Notes under the pieces: model-generated | The model's input: the letters and a program-made list of their open reading frames with translations, nothing else | Databases searched by the model: none | What the model was told of the DNA's origin: nothing | Translations under genes and position numbers: made by a program | From: the human T2T-CHM13v2.0 reference genome, Homo sapiens | Reading direction: 5' to 3' | DNA: 64,000 nucleotides | Assembly (NCBI GenBank): GCA_009914755.4 | Contig: CP068257.2 | Coordinates: forward strand, 27,328,001-27,392,000 | Shown: one piece after another, positions 46,093-63,426 of the stretch | Layout of the letters: each line of letters opens with the position of its first letter | Numbering within the stretch: position 1 is the stretch's first letter

Positions 46093-48234
46093 ACCCTCTC
46101 CCTCTCCCTCTCCCGTCTCCCCATGGTCTCCCTCTCCCTCTCTTTCCACGGTCTCCCTCTGATTCCGAGCCGAAGCTGGACGGTACTGCTGCCATCTCGG
46201 CTCACTGCAACCTCCCTGCCTGATTCTCCTGCCTCAGCCTGCCGAGTGCCTGCGATTGCAGGCGCGCGCCGCCACCCCTGACTGGTTTTCGTATTTTTTT
46301 GGTGGAGACGGGGTTTCGCTGTGTTGGCCGGGCTGGTCTCCAGCTCCTAACCGCGAGTGATCCGCCAGCCTCGGCCTCCCGAGATGCGGGGATTGCAGAC
46401 GGAGTCTGGTTCACTCAGTGCTCAATGGTGCCCAGGCTGGAGTGCAGTGGCGTGATCTCGGCTCGCTACAACCTCCACCTCCCAGCAGCCTGCCTTGGCC
46501 TCCCAAAGTGCCGAGATTGCAGCCTCTGCCCGGCCGCCACCCCGTCTGGGAAGTGAGGAGCGTCTCTGCCCGGCCACCCATCGTCTGGGATGTGAGGAGC
46601 CCCTCTGCCTGGCTGCCTAGTCTGGAAAGTGAGGAGCGTCTCTGCCCAGCCGCCCTCCCATCTAGGAAGTGAGGAGCGCCTCTTCCCAGCCGCCATCCCA
46701 TGTGGGAAGTGAGGAGCGTCTCTGCCCGGCCGCCCATCGTCTGAGATGTGGGGAGCACCTCTGCCCTGCCGCCCCGTCCGGGATGTGAGGAGCGTCTCTG
46801 CCCGGCCACCCCGTCTGAGAAGTGAGGAGACCCTCTGCCTGGCAACCACCCCGTCTGAGAAGTGAGGAGCCCCTCCGCCCGGCAGCCGCTGGGTCTGAGA
46901 AGTGAGGAGCCCCTCCGCCCAGCAGCCACCCCGTCTGGGAAGTGAGGAGCGTCTCTACCCGGCAGCCACCTCGTCCGGAAGGGAGGTGGGGGGGGTCAGC
47001 CCCCCGCCCGGCCAGCCGCCCCGTCCGGGAGGGAGGTGGGGGGGGTCAGCCCCCCACCCGGCCAGCCGCCCCGTCCGGGAGGGAGGTGGGGGGGTCAGCC
47101 CCCCGCCCGGCCAGCCGCCCCGTCCGGGAGGTGAGGGGCGCCTCTGCCCGGCCGCCCCTACTGGGAAGTGAGGAGCCCCTCTGCCCGGCCAGCCGCCCCG
47201 TCCGGGAGGGAGGTGGGGGGGGTCAGCCCCCCGCCCGGCCAGCCGCCCCGTCTGGGAGGTGAGGGGCGCCTCTGCCCGGCCGCCCCTACTGGGAAGTGAG
47301 GAGCCCCTCTGCCCGGCCAGCCGCCCCGTCCGGGAGGGAGGTTGGGGGGTCAGCCCACCGCCTGGCCAGCCGCCCCATCCGGGAGGGAGGTGGGGGGGTC
47401 AGCCCCCCACCCGGCCAGCCGCGCCGTCCGGGAGGGAGGTGGGGGGGTCAGCCCCCCGCCCGGCCAGCCGCCCTGCCCGGGAGGTGAGGGGCGCCTCTGC
47501 CCGGCCGCCCCTACTGGGAAGTGAGGAGCCCCTCTGCCCGGCCAGCCGCCCCGTCCGGGAGGGAGGTTGGGGGGTCAGCCCCCCGCCCGGCCAGCCGCCC
47601 CGTCCGGGAGGGAGGTGGGGGTGGTCAGCCCCCCCCCCGGGAGGTGAGGGGCGCCTCTGCCCGGCCGCCCCTACTGGGAAGTGAGGAGCCCCTCTGCCCG
47701 GCCACCACCCGGTCTGGGTGGTGTACCCAACAGCTCACTGAGAACGGGCCATGATGACAATGGCGGTTTTGTGGAATAGAAAGGGGGGAAAGGTGGGGAA
47801 AAGATTGAGAAATCGGATGGTTGCTGTGTCTGTGTAGAAAGAGGTAGACATGGGAGACTTTTCATTTTGTTCTGTACTAAGAAAAATTCTTCTGCCTTGG
47901 GATCCTGTAGATCTGTGACCTTACCCCCAACCCTGTGCTCTCTGAAACATGTGCTGTATCCACTCAGGGTTGAATGGATTAAGGGCGGTGCAAGATGTGC
48001 TTTGTTAAACAGATGCTTGAAGGCAGCATGCTCCTTAAGAGTCATCACCACTCCCTAATCTCAAGTACCCAGGGACACAAACACTGCGGAAGGCCGCAGG
48101 GTCCTCTGCCTAGGAAAACCAGAGACCTTTGTTCACTTGTTTATCTGCTGACCTTCCCTCCACTATTGTCCTGTGACCATGCCCAATCCCCCTCTGCGAG
48201 AAACACCCAAGAATGATCAATTAAAAAAAAAAAA
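46093..48234 (+). mobile_element. Full-length SVA retrotransposon (hominid-specific SINE-VNTR-Alu), about 2.1 kb, in RWDD2B intron 1, antisense to the gene
   Basis: (CCCTCT)n hexamer start at 46093-46165. Antisense Alu-like region to about 46520. GC-rich 35-50 bp VNTR units (ccgtctgggaagtgaggagcgcctctgcccggccgcc) about 46520-47715. SINE-R (HERV-K-derived) region, then poly(A) at 48221-48234. Confidence 0.9.
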
Positions 48235-48360
48235 GTCTTCTATTTTCTATTTGGAATACATTTTCAATTTCTGCATTTAAATATTTGATCCATCTGGGAT
48301 ATACTTCACTTTAAAAGGTGACGGAAGTTTCCAGCTTATTTTTTTTTTCCAGTTAACTAG

Positions 48361-48668
<308 letters not shown>

Positions 48669-48862
48669 AATACTCAACTCTTGAAATCACTATGATGGGT
48701 TAGTAAATTGCTCCTACTCTGTCTCTTCATAGCCATCACTCTTCTTTTCTAGAATTCTTTTTTGGTATTTCCTGGCTTTTCTCACATATAAACATTAGAA
48801 TAATTTTGTTAAGTTTTGAAAACAAGAAAAAATGGTAACTGCATTGAAATTAAAGATTAGGC

Positions 48863-49344
<482 letters not shown>

Positions 49345-49995
49345 TCATGGTACCAAGTATTACTGAATATTAAATGTTCACAATTCTCAAATTCTTAGGA
49401 TGTTCCAAATTCTCGAGCCCCATATTTGTAAATTTAACTATATCTGTATATTTATATTGGATGTTATATTAGTTCATTTTCTGTTACGATAACAGACTAC
49501 CTGAGACTGGGTAGTTTACGATGAAGAGAAATTTATTTGGCTTATTGTTCTGGAAGCAGGGAAATCCAAGAGAATGGTGCCTGCATTTTGCAAGGGCATT
49601 CTTACTGAGTCATCCCATGGCGGAAGGCAGAGGGCAAGAGAGAATGAGAGCAAGTGCAAGAGAGATGAAGGGGCCAAATGCATGCTTTTATCAGGAACCC
49701 ACTCCCACAATAACTAACCCACTCCTGCAGTAACACCATTAATCCATTTGTGAGGGCCCTGTTCTTTGGGAACTTTTTCAACCCTGCCTTCTTTCTCTTC
49801 TTCTGAAATGCTGATGACAGGAATGTTACATTTTTTGTTATATCCCTGCATATCACTTAATCACCTCTGAAAGGTCCCACCGCTCAACTCTATTGCTTTG
49901 GGATAAAGCTTCTAACACATGAACTTTGGGGCACACATTAAACCACAGCAGAGACCATCTCAGTCTTAACAGTCCTAAAATAGGTCTAAATGGCC

Positions 49996-50300
49996 TGGCG
50001 CAGTGGCTCACGCCTGTAATCCCAGCACTTTGGGAGGCCAAGGCAGGCAGATCATGAGGTCAGGAGATCAAGACCATCCTGGCTAACATGGTGAAACCCC
50101 ATCTCTACTAAAAATACAAAAAATTAGCCGGGCGTGGTGGCGGGCACCTGTAGTCCCAGCTACTCAGGAGGCTGAGGCAGGAGAATGGCGTGAACCCAGG
50201 AGGCAGAGCTTTCAGTGAGCCGAGATACAGCCACTGCACTCCAGCCTGGGCGGCAGAGCGAGACTCCTTCTAAAAATAAAAAAATAAAAATAAATAAAGT
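49996..50300 (+). mobile_element. AluY with target-site duplication aaataggtctaaat
   Basis: ggcctggcgcagtggctcacgcctgtaatcccagcactttgggaggccaaggcaggcagatcatgaggtcaggagatcaagaccatcctggctaacatggtgaaacccc... Confidence 0.92.
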
Positions 50301-50675
50301 AAAATAAAATAGGTCTAAATTATATTTCTTTAATAATAATTCTTTTATTATTTCTTTTCTGTTTAGAGAACCTATTTTAACCATTCTTTTAGGATAGGTC
50401 TGCTGGTGACAAATCTCCTAGATTTCCTTCATCTTAGAATGTCTTGATTTCCCCTTCATTTCTGCAGAATATTTTCACTGGATGCAGTATTCTGGCTTAA
50501 CAGGTTTTTACTTTCAACAATTGAAAAATGCTGTGCCTCTTCACCTAGCCTCTCTGGTGACTGATGAGAAATCACTCTCATTTGAATTGTTTTCCTTTAC
50601 AGATAAGGTTCATTTTTGTCACTAATTTTAAGAATTTTTCATTGTCTTTGGTTTTCAGAAGTTTGATTATGATGC

Positions 50676-50980
50676 GTTTTTTTTTTTTTTTTTTTTTTTT
50701 TGAGATGGGAGTCTCACTTTGTCACCCAGGCTGGAGTACAATGGTGCAATCTTGGCTTATTGCAACCTCCACCTCCCAGGTTCAAGCAATTCTCCTGCCT
50801 CAGCCTCCTGAGTAGCTGGGATTACAGGCGCACACCACTACGCCCAGCTAATTTTTGTATTTTTAGTAGAGATGGGGTTTCACCATGTTGGGCAGGCTGG
50901 TCTCGAAATCCTGACCTTGTGATCCACCCGCGTTGGCCTCCCAAAGTGCTGTGATTACAGGTGTGAGCCGCCACACCTAG
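50676..50980 (-). mobile_element. Alu
   Basis: T25 gagatgggagtctcactttgtcacccaggctggagtacaatgg...ggtgtgagccgccacacctag. Confidence 0.92.
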
Positions 50981-50981
50981 T

Positions 50982-51285
<304 letters not shown>

Positions 51286-51715
51286 CATATGGTTTAGGTA
51301 TTTATCCTAGACAAAAGCAATCCTAATTAGGCGAGAGACTATATGGGCACAATTCTTATTTGTGACTTCTCAGAGTCTTAAACTGTGAATTTCCAAGAGG
51401 GGTGTTCAGTATTCTGTCTGACTCCAGAACATGTTTTTCCAGGCCAAATGACATTAGCCCTCCTCTCCACAGAACAGAGCAGGATTCCTTATTTTGCCAT
51501 GTAGTTACCTGAATTTAAGTAGTTTAAATATAAGCATTTAAAGTATCATAAAAGATGGTGGGTAGCCTTGATAATATTTATACATATATTAACATATATT
51601 TATTAATATGTCTATTCATGTTTAATTTGAAGTTTTCCTCTTCTAATAACTGTTGGAACTGCAAATATTCCTCCCTCCTTTAATCGCAATGTTTTCTTTT
51701 GTTTTTTTTCCGATT

Positions 51716-52017
<302 letters not shown>

Positions 52018-52424
52018 TTTTTTTTTTTAAACAAAATCCTCATACATACTTAAAATCCCTGGACTTATTGGAATTCCATATACATATTTGCTGGTCTGTT
52101 TTGGAGTTGAGAAACATAAAAAACAACTACTTGGGTGGTTATTAGAGGAAATGGTTTACTTTGTTTTTTTGTTGGCGTGGCTCTGTTACCAGTGTTTTTG
52201 GATTCTATTACCAGATTGCCAAGGTGCGACTCCTGGCTCTGCCACTTACCAACTGCAGGACCTTAGGCAAGTGGCTTAATTTATCTGTGCTTTAGTCTCC
52301 CCAACTCCATAACTGGGATGAGAGGGTTGCTGTGATGATTAGATGAGAATTTGTGGAAAGTGCCTGGCAACAGTAAATTTTATATGCGTGCTTGCTACTA
52401 TTATTATTAATTAAAAAAACCTTT

Positions 52425-52624
52425 TTTTTTGAGACAGGGTCTAGCTCTGTCACCCAGGCCAGAGTGCAGAGTCGGCTCACTACAACCTCTGCTTTCTGGG
52501 TTTTTTAGTAGAGACGGGGTTTCACCACGTTGGCCAGGCTGGTCTCGAACTCCTGCCGTCATGATCCACCCGCCCTGGGCTCCCAAAGTGCTGGGATTAC
52601 AGGCATGAGCCACCGTGTCCGGCT
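52425..52624 (-). mobile_element. Alu with internal deletion
   Basis: tttttttttgagacagggtctagctctgtcacccaggccagagtgcagagtcggctcactacaacc...ggcatgagccaccgtgtccggc. Confidence 0.85.
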
Positions 52625-52659
52625 GCTTATTACTATTATTATTATTGGTCATCATTTCA

Positions 52660-53082
<423 letters not shown>

Positions 53083-54162
53083 TTTTTGTACCCAGTGAAT
53101 AACTGCTATGAAGAAACCTGAAAAAGAAAACAAGGATAAGGGAAACAATGAGGCAGCAGGGGTGAGACTGCACACAGCATTGTCAGGAAAGGCCTTTCTC
53201 CTAAGGTGACTGTAGGGAAGAGACTTTAAGGAACTGAAAAAGGAGGCCATGTGTTTTTCTTGGCCAAGAGTGTTCAAGGGAAAGCGAACAGCATATTCAA
53301 AGGCCTTGAGGAAGGAGGGTGCTAGAACAGCTGGCCAGAGCACAGTGAGCTGAGGACACGGGGAATAGAAGAGTTTAGTAAGGAAATGTGGGGCAGTTTA
53401 TGTTGGGACTAGTAAAGCATGGCCAGAATTTTGAATTTTATCCCGACTGACATGTAAGAGCTACAAGAGAGGTTTGACTTATGAAGATCCCCACACTTGC
53501 TGCTATGGAGAAAAGTGAAAGGAAAAGTGGGGTGACCAGATATAGACACCGCAATAACTAGGGAGAGATGATGGTGGCTTTGATAGGATTATAGTGGTCA
53601 AGTTGGTGAGCTTCAGGTTCTGGATACATGCAGAGAACAGAGGCAACAGGATTTACAGATGAATTACATGAGACACGGAAGAATGACTCCGGGGCTTTAA
53701 GGTACTGAAAGTATGGATCTGCCATTTATTTAGACGTTGATGGTCATGGGGAGCTGAAGCTTGGTTTTAGACACAAGTAATGAAGTGCCTACTAAGACAC
53801 CTGTTAAATAGAGATGTCTAGCAGGCAGTTAGATGTATAGTTTTGAAGTCTACGAGAGACTCAGCTAGATATATAATCTTGGGAGTCAACACTTATTTGG
53901 AACTATATATTTGTTTAAAGTCTCCCAGGGAGTGAGTAAAGTTGGGAGAGGGTGCTATTGAATTGGAGGTATCGAAGATGAAATGGGATTAGCAAAGAAG
54001 AACGGGACGGAGGGACTCTTGAACGGACAACTACGGGAGTGATGTCACAGGTCATTTATCTGCCAAATTATTTTCGCTTAAGAGATTTCAGTCCTTCCAA
54101 AAAACCCTCAAGATAATTTTATGATTCAAGATTTCAGCGAATGCTGTAAGATAATAGACTGT

Positions 54163-54300
54163 GGCCGGGCGCGATTGCTCACGCCTGTAATCCCAGCACT
54201 TTGGGAGGCAGAGGAAGGGGGACTGCTTGAGCCCAGGAGTTCAAGATCAGCCTGGGTAACATAGTAAGAGCTCGCCTTTATTATTTTTTTAAAAAATAAA
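54163..54300 (+). mobile_element. Alu left-monomer fragment
   Basis: ggccgggcgcgattgctcacgcctgtaatcccagcactttgggaggcagaggaagggggactgcttgagcccaggagttcaagatcagcc... Confidence 0.8.
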
Positions 54301-54647
54301 ATATATTTAAGAGAACGCAGACTGAAACTTGAGATTTCTGAGTGGAATAATATCTTTTCCTTGCAGATTTTTTTTTGAAGAACAGAGCAGGGTACCCCGC
54401 GACCCAAGCCAAGACGCTCTCAGGAAGAAAGCCCAGCACGCAGCCGCCCTCGCACCCTGATTGCCCCCGGGGCGAGGTCCCCGGCTGGAGCAGGGCTGCA
54501 GAAGCCGGGAAGCAACGCCGAGGACCGAGCCGACCGATGGGCGCATGCAGTGAGGGGAACCGGGGCCGCCATGCCGGGCACGTTCCCAAAGGGTTGCACT
54601 GGGCGCTGCAGCGTGGGAAACCCCCGTGGCGGTCACCACTGGCGCTA

Positions 54648-55346
<699 letters not shown>

Positions 55347-56939
55347 TAACGGGCACTTTTCAGGGACAAAGAATTGGTCCGTTAATGTTCCTCAAATTCG
55401 AACGCGCCTAGGAATAGTTCGGGGATCCTGTTGAAGTGCAGATCAGGATTCCGTAGGTAGGGGTGGGGTTCCAAATTCTACATTTCTAGTATCTTCCCAC
55501 ACGATGGTGATCCTCCTTGTCCCTGAATCATGGAGGAGGGCAATTAGGGAGATGTGAGCCTGGATGCATGGTGGCCTTGGCTATCTTAGGTGTTCTTGCC
55601 CATTAACCAAGCTGGGAGGAACCGTGTGAATGCATATCTATCCCTGTTAATAAAAGGGTAGTTTGAAGGAGATGCTGACAGGAGAATAATTAGAAATGTT
55701 TTTCTTCCCAATCCAACTATATGCAATACACTTTATAATATTCATTTTAGAAATGTCATAGATAAGATTTGTAAACATTGACATTTAGCAATACTAAATA
55801 TCACTGCTAGGTCTCCCCTCCACTTTTTTTTTTTAAACAAAAATACGACAGTATGTATTGTAGGTCTTCATAAACTACGTCTTCTGCATAGTGTTTCATG
55901 AGCGTTTTTCAATGTCATAATTTATTTTTTCCTCCAACATTTATTATGAAAAAATTCAAGTGTAAAGCGAAGTCGAGAGAATTTTACAGTGGAGCAGACC
56001 TCAAGAGAAGGGGAAGGATGGATTTCCCCTCTATTTAGCAGTGTCTGAAGACATTTTGGGTTGTCACAACTGGAAGGATGGTATTGGCATGGGGTAGGTA
56101 GAGCACAGGGATGTTCCTCAACTTCCTACAATGAACAGGACATCCCCCGACAACAACAAATTTGCTGGTCCAAAATGTTGATAGTGTTGAGGTTGAAAAA
56201 CACTGACCTGGAGAGTACAGAATTTTACTCTACCAGCTTTGTCACATACCTCATCAATCTATCTGTTTTCATACATTTAAAAGTAAACTGCAGACAGTAC
56301 GCTTCTAAGTACCTCTAATGCACATCATTGGAGTTCAAATTAAGGATTTTTTAAGGTAAAAATGAAATGCATACCTTAAATACACATCAGTTTTTAAATG
56401 CACACGCCTATGGAACTCAAGCCATATTAACATATAGAACGTTACCATCACCCTAGAAAGTTCTTTCATGCCCTTTCTTAGTTCCCAACCAGTTCTCCCC
56501 AAAGGTAACCACTGTTCTGATTTTTTCCCCCACCATACTTATTTTTCTTGTTATAGAACGTCATATGGTTGGAGTCATGCAATAGATATTTTTGTGTAAG
56601 GGTTCTTTCACTCAGGGTAATATTTTCATCTGATATCATGTGTATCACTTTCTTTTGATTGCTCAGTAGTATTCCATCATATGAATATACCAGTTCCATT
56701 CTTGTTTTGATAGAAACCTGGGCTGTCTTCAGTTTTTTGGCTATTATAAATAAAGCTGCTGTGAACGTTCTTATATAGCATTTTATTGCTCATGACTTTC
56801 TTTTCAATAAATATTTATCGAGCACTTACTATATTCCAGGCATTTCCAGGTACTAATTATAGCCATGAACAAGACAAAGATGTCGCATCTCTCAAAGAGC
56901 TTATATTTGCACATTTCTGTGTATGTATGAAGAGGGCTA

Positions 56940-57661
<722 letters not shown>

Positions 57662-57705
57662 TTAGATTGCCCTGTAACTGGAAGGAAGTGACTTTTAAGG
57701 CATGT

Positions 57706-58010
57706 ATAGAAGCTGGGTGTGGTGACTCACACCTGGAATCCTAGTGCTTTGGGAGGCTGAGGCTGGAGTATCGCTTGAGGTCAGGAGTTTGAGACCAGCC
57801 TGGGCAGCAGGCTTTTGTAGAGACACGGTGACTTCAAAAAAAAAAAAAAAAAGTTAGCTGATGAGGTGGCACACACTTGCAGTACCAGCTACGCGAGGCT
57901 GAGGCATGAGGATCACTTGAGCACAGGAATTCAAGGTTACAGTGAACTATGACTGCACTTCAGCCTGGGCTACAAAGCCAGACCCTGTCTCTAAAATAAA
58001 TAAATTAAAA
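57706..58010 (+). mobile_element. Alu, rearranged or internally deleted
   Basis: agctgggtgtggtgactcacacctggaatcctagtgctttgggaggctgaggctgg...internal A-run...tacgcgaggctgaggcatgaggatcacttgagc... Confidence 0.8.
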
Positions 58011-58431
58011 ATAAGGTGTGAACAGAATGACAATAAGATACCAACCCCGGAAGATCAGGGGGAAGAGGCTTTCTGACAGGAAGCACGTGGTACAATGACC
58101 CTAAGGCTCTGTTTTAAAATGCGTGGGGGCAAAAAGCCTGCATTTCTGGAGCTTGGAGAAGAAAGCTTTAAAAAATTATCTCATCCCACTCCTGTTCTTT
58201 TTTGCATGAGAGCTGGAGCCTATGCCCTACCACACATCCGTGGATATGCCCAGGATTTGACTTGGGCCTTCGAACTTTGCACAGTAGCTGCTACTAACTT
58301 TTTGAGATAATACATTCGTGGGGGCTCAGTCCTGCCTCATCTAAATCACCAGAGACCAAACAAGGACCAGCCCAATATCTCTTGGACTGTAATGTCATAA
58401 TGTTGTCAGAATACAGAGAAAGATGAAACTA

Positions 58432-58735
58432 AGCCGGGTCCGGTGGCTTATGCCTGTAATCCAGCATTTTGGGAGGCCGAGGCAGGTGGATCACTTGAGG
58501 CCAGGAGTTCAAGACCAGCCTGGCCAATATGCTGAAACCCTGCCTCTACCAAAAAAATACAAAAGTTAGCTGTGTGGTGGGGTGGCACGTGCCTATAATC
58601 CCAGCCACTGGGGAGGGTGAGGTGGGAGAATCGGGAGGTGGAGGTTGCAGTGAGCTGAGGTCGTGCCACTGCACTCCAGCCTGGGTAACAGAGTGCAACC
58701 CGGTCTCAATAAATAAATAAATAAGTAAATAAAAC
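58432..58735 (+). mobile_element. Alu
   Basis: agccgggtccggtggcttatgcctgtaatccagcattttgggaggccgaggcaggtgg...(aaat)n tail. Confidence 0.9.
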
Positions 58736-59059
58736 AAAAATTATCTCAGCAGTAAAAAGCAAGAGAGCTAGTTTTCCCCCAAATTTAACCAAATGTTACT
58801 CTGGTGGTTAGTATGCCACCATCTTAAACTCCTTTTATCTGATTAGTAAGGATGGACATTTATTTTATGACCAATTGTTCTTTTATGGTGAATTACCTGT
58901 TTACATATCTATTTTTCTATAGCTATCTGCAACTCCCCCGACCCCCACGGTAGCGATTACTATCTTCTCTACTAAACTAAGACTCCAGGGCAGAGAGGCC
59001 TATGTTTAATTCATTTGAGGAAAGGCTTGGCACAAAGTGTGCACTTACATATTTTCTTT

Positions 59060-59350
<291 letters not shown>

Positions 59351-59384
59351 TCGCACTTACAAATTTTCAAAGAATGGACAGTAA

Positions 59385-59706
<322 letters not shown>

Positions 59707-59879
59707 TCACTCGCTGCGTTTTTTATTCTGACATGGTGCAGGAAGGTAAATTCAAGACAACTTAGGTACTCAGTTTTAGAAGTCGACAGGACAGAATTAC
59801 GGAAACAAATTTAAGCGTTCCCCCTTTTAGCTCCAAATATAATGTGTTCCAGAAAGGTAACCATCTAGGAAACTCCAAG

Positions 59880-60650
59880 GCTCAGACCACCACCGGATGC
59901 CCACACTTCAGGAGCATTTATATAACTTCGTGGTTATGTCAGAGACGAGAAAACCCATTGACAACCAAACCCCTAAACCCGAACATCCGGCGCAAGCCGC
60001 ACGCAGGCGCAGATTTACTAGCGTCAGAGCCGATGGTCCCGGGAGGTGGGGGTGGGGTGGTGGTGGCCTAGCCACTTCCCATAATGCCGCGTTCCGGAAG
60101 TTATTGCTTTCCAGGGGTCACTCTGGCTTCGACTCCGTCGCTCTCAATTCGTCACCAGGAGGAAGACGGAGCTGGCTGCCCAGCCCAAAGGCCCATGAGG
60201 GGATGCAGTTATGGGCTCTGTCGCCGTGGGTGAGTTCTGGTCCCACTGCCTGGCAGTCGTCGCTCGCCTGGCTTTCTGCGCTGGGAGAGCTCCTGTTTTC
60301 CGCCCCAACTTCGTTCTCTTCTTGAAGGCCGCTCTCCTTAAGCACGTAACCCGGCTACTTTCCGGTACTGCGATCTCATTGGCTGCATGTTCTGTCAGTT
60401 CCAGAAGCTGGCCAATGAGATGCCGCTGCTGGCGGCCTTCTCGACCCCGTGGACCCAGAGGTTCCCCCGTGGGATCGGAGCAGTTAGAAGGGGAGGAGAG
60501 GGAAGGTGTGGCAGGCGCCGAGCAAATGGGTGGGTGGCGCGTGGCAGGGACTTCCCTATGGGTTGGAGCTGGATTTGCAGCCGTGTTCATACGGCTGGTA
60601 GGAAAAGCAGGATCTGTCACTTATCCAATTGACTATATCTAGGAGGGGAT
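59880..60650 (+). promoter_or_regulatory. USP16: USP16 CpG-island promoter region
   Basis: GC- and CpG-rich. ETS palindrome at 60088-60099. Two CCAAT boxes in opposite orientation (ctcATTGGctg at 60375-60385; ctgGCCAATgag at 60405-60416). Confidence 0.55.
60030..60229 (+). other. USP16: USP16 non-coding exon 1 (5' UTR), approximate; donor CGCCGTGG|GTGAGTTC at 60230-60231
   Basis: CpG island. Palindromic ETS site TTCCGGAAGT (60088-60099) just upstream. Strong GTGAGT donor. The spacing to the RWDD2B 5' end (about 5.3 kb) agrees with the known head-to-head arrangement. The TSS is not determinable from sequence; alternative downstream donors exist. Confidence 0.4.
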
Positions 60651-61630
60651 TGATATACGCAAAACTTGAAAGCCACGTTAACACCTGCTGACAAAGTTTT
60701 CCACACGCTTACATTTTTAATGGAACCGAGTAGGCAGGGGAAGACTGGGAGGGCAGAGAGTGAAGAGACTTGGAATAATATGAGAACCGGCAAGACTATC
60801 TTTGATTTAGATTTTGTATGGAGTCCTGCGAAGAGTCATTTCACTAAGACGTTAATGCTCATCCGATGACACTACTTGAAAAGTGTATTAAGTTTATTGA
60901 TGTTTTATAGCTGATGGAAGTCACAATATGCTCTCCTCATGACTCATTAGTTGCCTTTATAGTTGTCAGAACTTTACTGAGGCTCTTTCCGCAGCACTGG
61001 AGTGACCCCTCTGTCCTCTGCCTGCAGTAATTAACAATTCGTCTTTCAAGTTTTCCTATGGAGTCTAAGCTGCTGCAATCCTCAAACCAGATTTACTAGT
61101 GCTGTCTTCACTACTGCAGACTTCTGACTTCTCATTTTTCACCCTTTTCTTTTTCACCAGAACTTGTTTGCTTCATTCTTATGTACCTACCTTTGCACCT
61201 TGTAATCATCCTTTATGCCTCAGGTACTATTCTATTTTTCTATTTCAATGCAAGAAGTATTTCTTCAGGACCTGCTATGTACTAACATTATGCTAGATAT
61301 TATAGGCAGTTCCAAAACTGTGCTTGAAACCATTTATTTTTCTAAGAACTTTAGATTCTGCTTACAGAAATAACATAAACCCAGATTAAAGATTTAAGAA
61401 ATTCACTAGAATATGGGATAAGGGGACAAGATGACTAGAGCATACCATAAATACTGGGGAAGTTCAGTGGAGAGGTTTATTTAGAGTAGAATGATTGTCT
61501 AAGGCTTCCTTGAAATGGAGAGCTTCCAAGATTGGTAAGATTTAGATAGAATATTACAGCTAGAAATCAAAGACATCAAGGCGGGGAGGGTACAAAGTGT
61601 TTTGGAGTGGAGTACAAGAGAAGGACTTGG

Positions 61631-62133
<503 letters not shown>

Positions 62134-63342
62134 AACATCTGCCTTTTAGCTCATCGTTTGTGTGATCTTTCACCATTTTTTTTTCCTGACTTTTCTCCTT
62201 GAGTGAAATGCCTCTATTTAAAGTGTTGTTATGAAAATCCGATGTGATAATGTTTGTGAAAGGGCTTTGAAGATCAAAAGCACTATATAGTTATAACTTT
62301 AGTGGTTTTTTTTGTTGTTGTTGAGGTGTAATAGAAAGTCAGGATTAGCCGAGCAATGGGGCCGAATTTATAAAGGCCTATGAGTGCAAAGTTTAGGGAG
62401 TGTGGTCCAGGAAACTGTTAAATGCTTCCAATCAAGAGAGTGATATGATAAAAATGGCATAACTGGGAGATGAATCTAGTACTGAACTCCCACATCGATT
62501 AGAGTGAGTTGGATTGGAGGCAAGAACTTGGGTGCTATTTTATGTATTTATTTCTAAAATCTATAATTCTATATAATTAGGTAGACCTGTATGTACTTTT
62601 AGCACTTTTCATGTTTTCTAAGTTTGAATTGTTGACTAAAAAAGTGAAGATTTGATGTGCAGCTAGATTTGTCAAATAGCCTTCCAAAGTGGTTTTGGCA
62701 ATAATATAATAATGTAAATAGTTGAGAATGCAGTTGTAATCAATTTTCATTTAGCTGATACGCATAGGAAATCCTGGTGTGGAAAATGTACAACAGTGTA
62801 TCACTTTTTGTATTTGGCTTTGAAGCCATTTTGGAAATTTTCTAACTCCCTTCAGGAGGTTGTTAGAATTATTTTTAATTTTTATTAGAGAAATTATCAG
62901 TTTAATTTGCATAGACTGCAGAGCTAAGAAAGGTAGCTTAGAAGGGAAGCAAATCAGTTTTCTGATTAAAGTGCTGCCATTATTTCACATGTATGTAGTG
63001 AGGAGTCACCTTCCTAAGAGTATCAAGTTCTGAGACTGTTCAAGATCTGTGTAAGATGACCAAGGTTCTCTCCTGACCTTTACATATATTGAAAACCTCT
63101 TAAGCTTGCTAAGAATCACTTTCCTATGCTATGAAAAACGGGAGATAACTATTCTATCTACTTGAGTTCCTGTTGAAAATTAGATGATTATATGTGATTG
63201 GTCTTTGTAAATTACAATGTGATAGACATGCATAATATACGTGGCTTAGTTATATTACTGTCTCCTAGAGAAATATAAGACATACTTTTTTTTTTGGTCA
63301 AGCTAACTTTATCTTGTTTTCTAGATTGTTATTTTGTGTCAG

Positions 63343-63426
63343 TAAGTAATCCATAAAGTGCCAACATGGGAAAGAAACGGACAAAGGGAAAAACTGTTCC
63401 AATCGATGATTCCTCTGAAACTTTAG
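63343..63426 (+). CDS. USP16: USP16 exon 2 (first coding exon); ATG at 63366, MGKKRTKGKTVPIDDSSETL, donor ACTTTAG|GTATAT (63427-63428)
   Basis: Exact match to the USP16 N-terminus as I recall it. Acceptor tgtgtcag|TAAGTAATCC (alternative acceptor ttttctag| at 63324). The donor is in phase with the next residue E. Confidence 0.8.

Noticed and set aside
46411-47754. Cluster of long ORFs on both strands (up to 172 aa, Pro/Arg/Gly-rich)
   Set aside because: They lie entirely within the GC-rich VNTR of the SVA element. The repetitive 35-50 bp units trivially generate long stop-free frames. Not genes.
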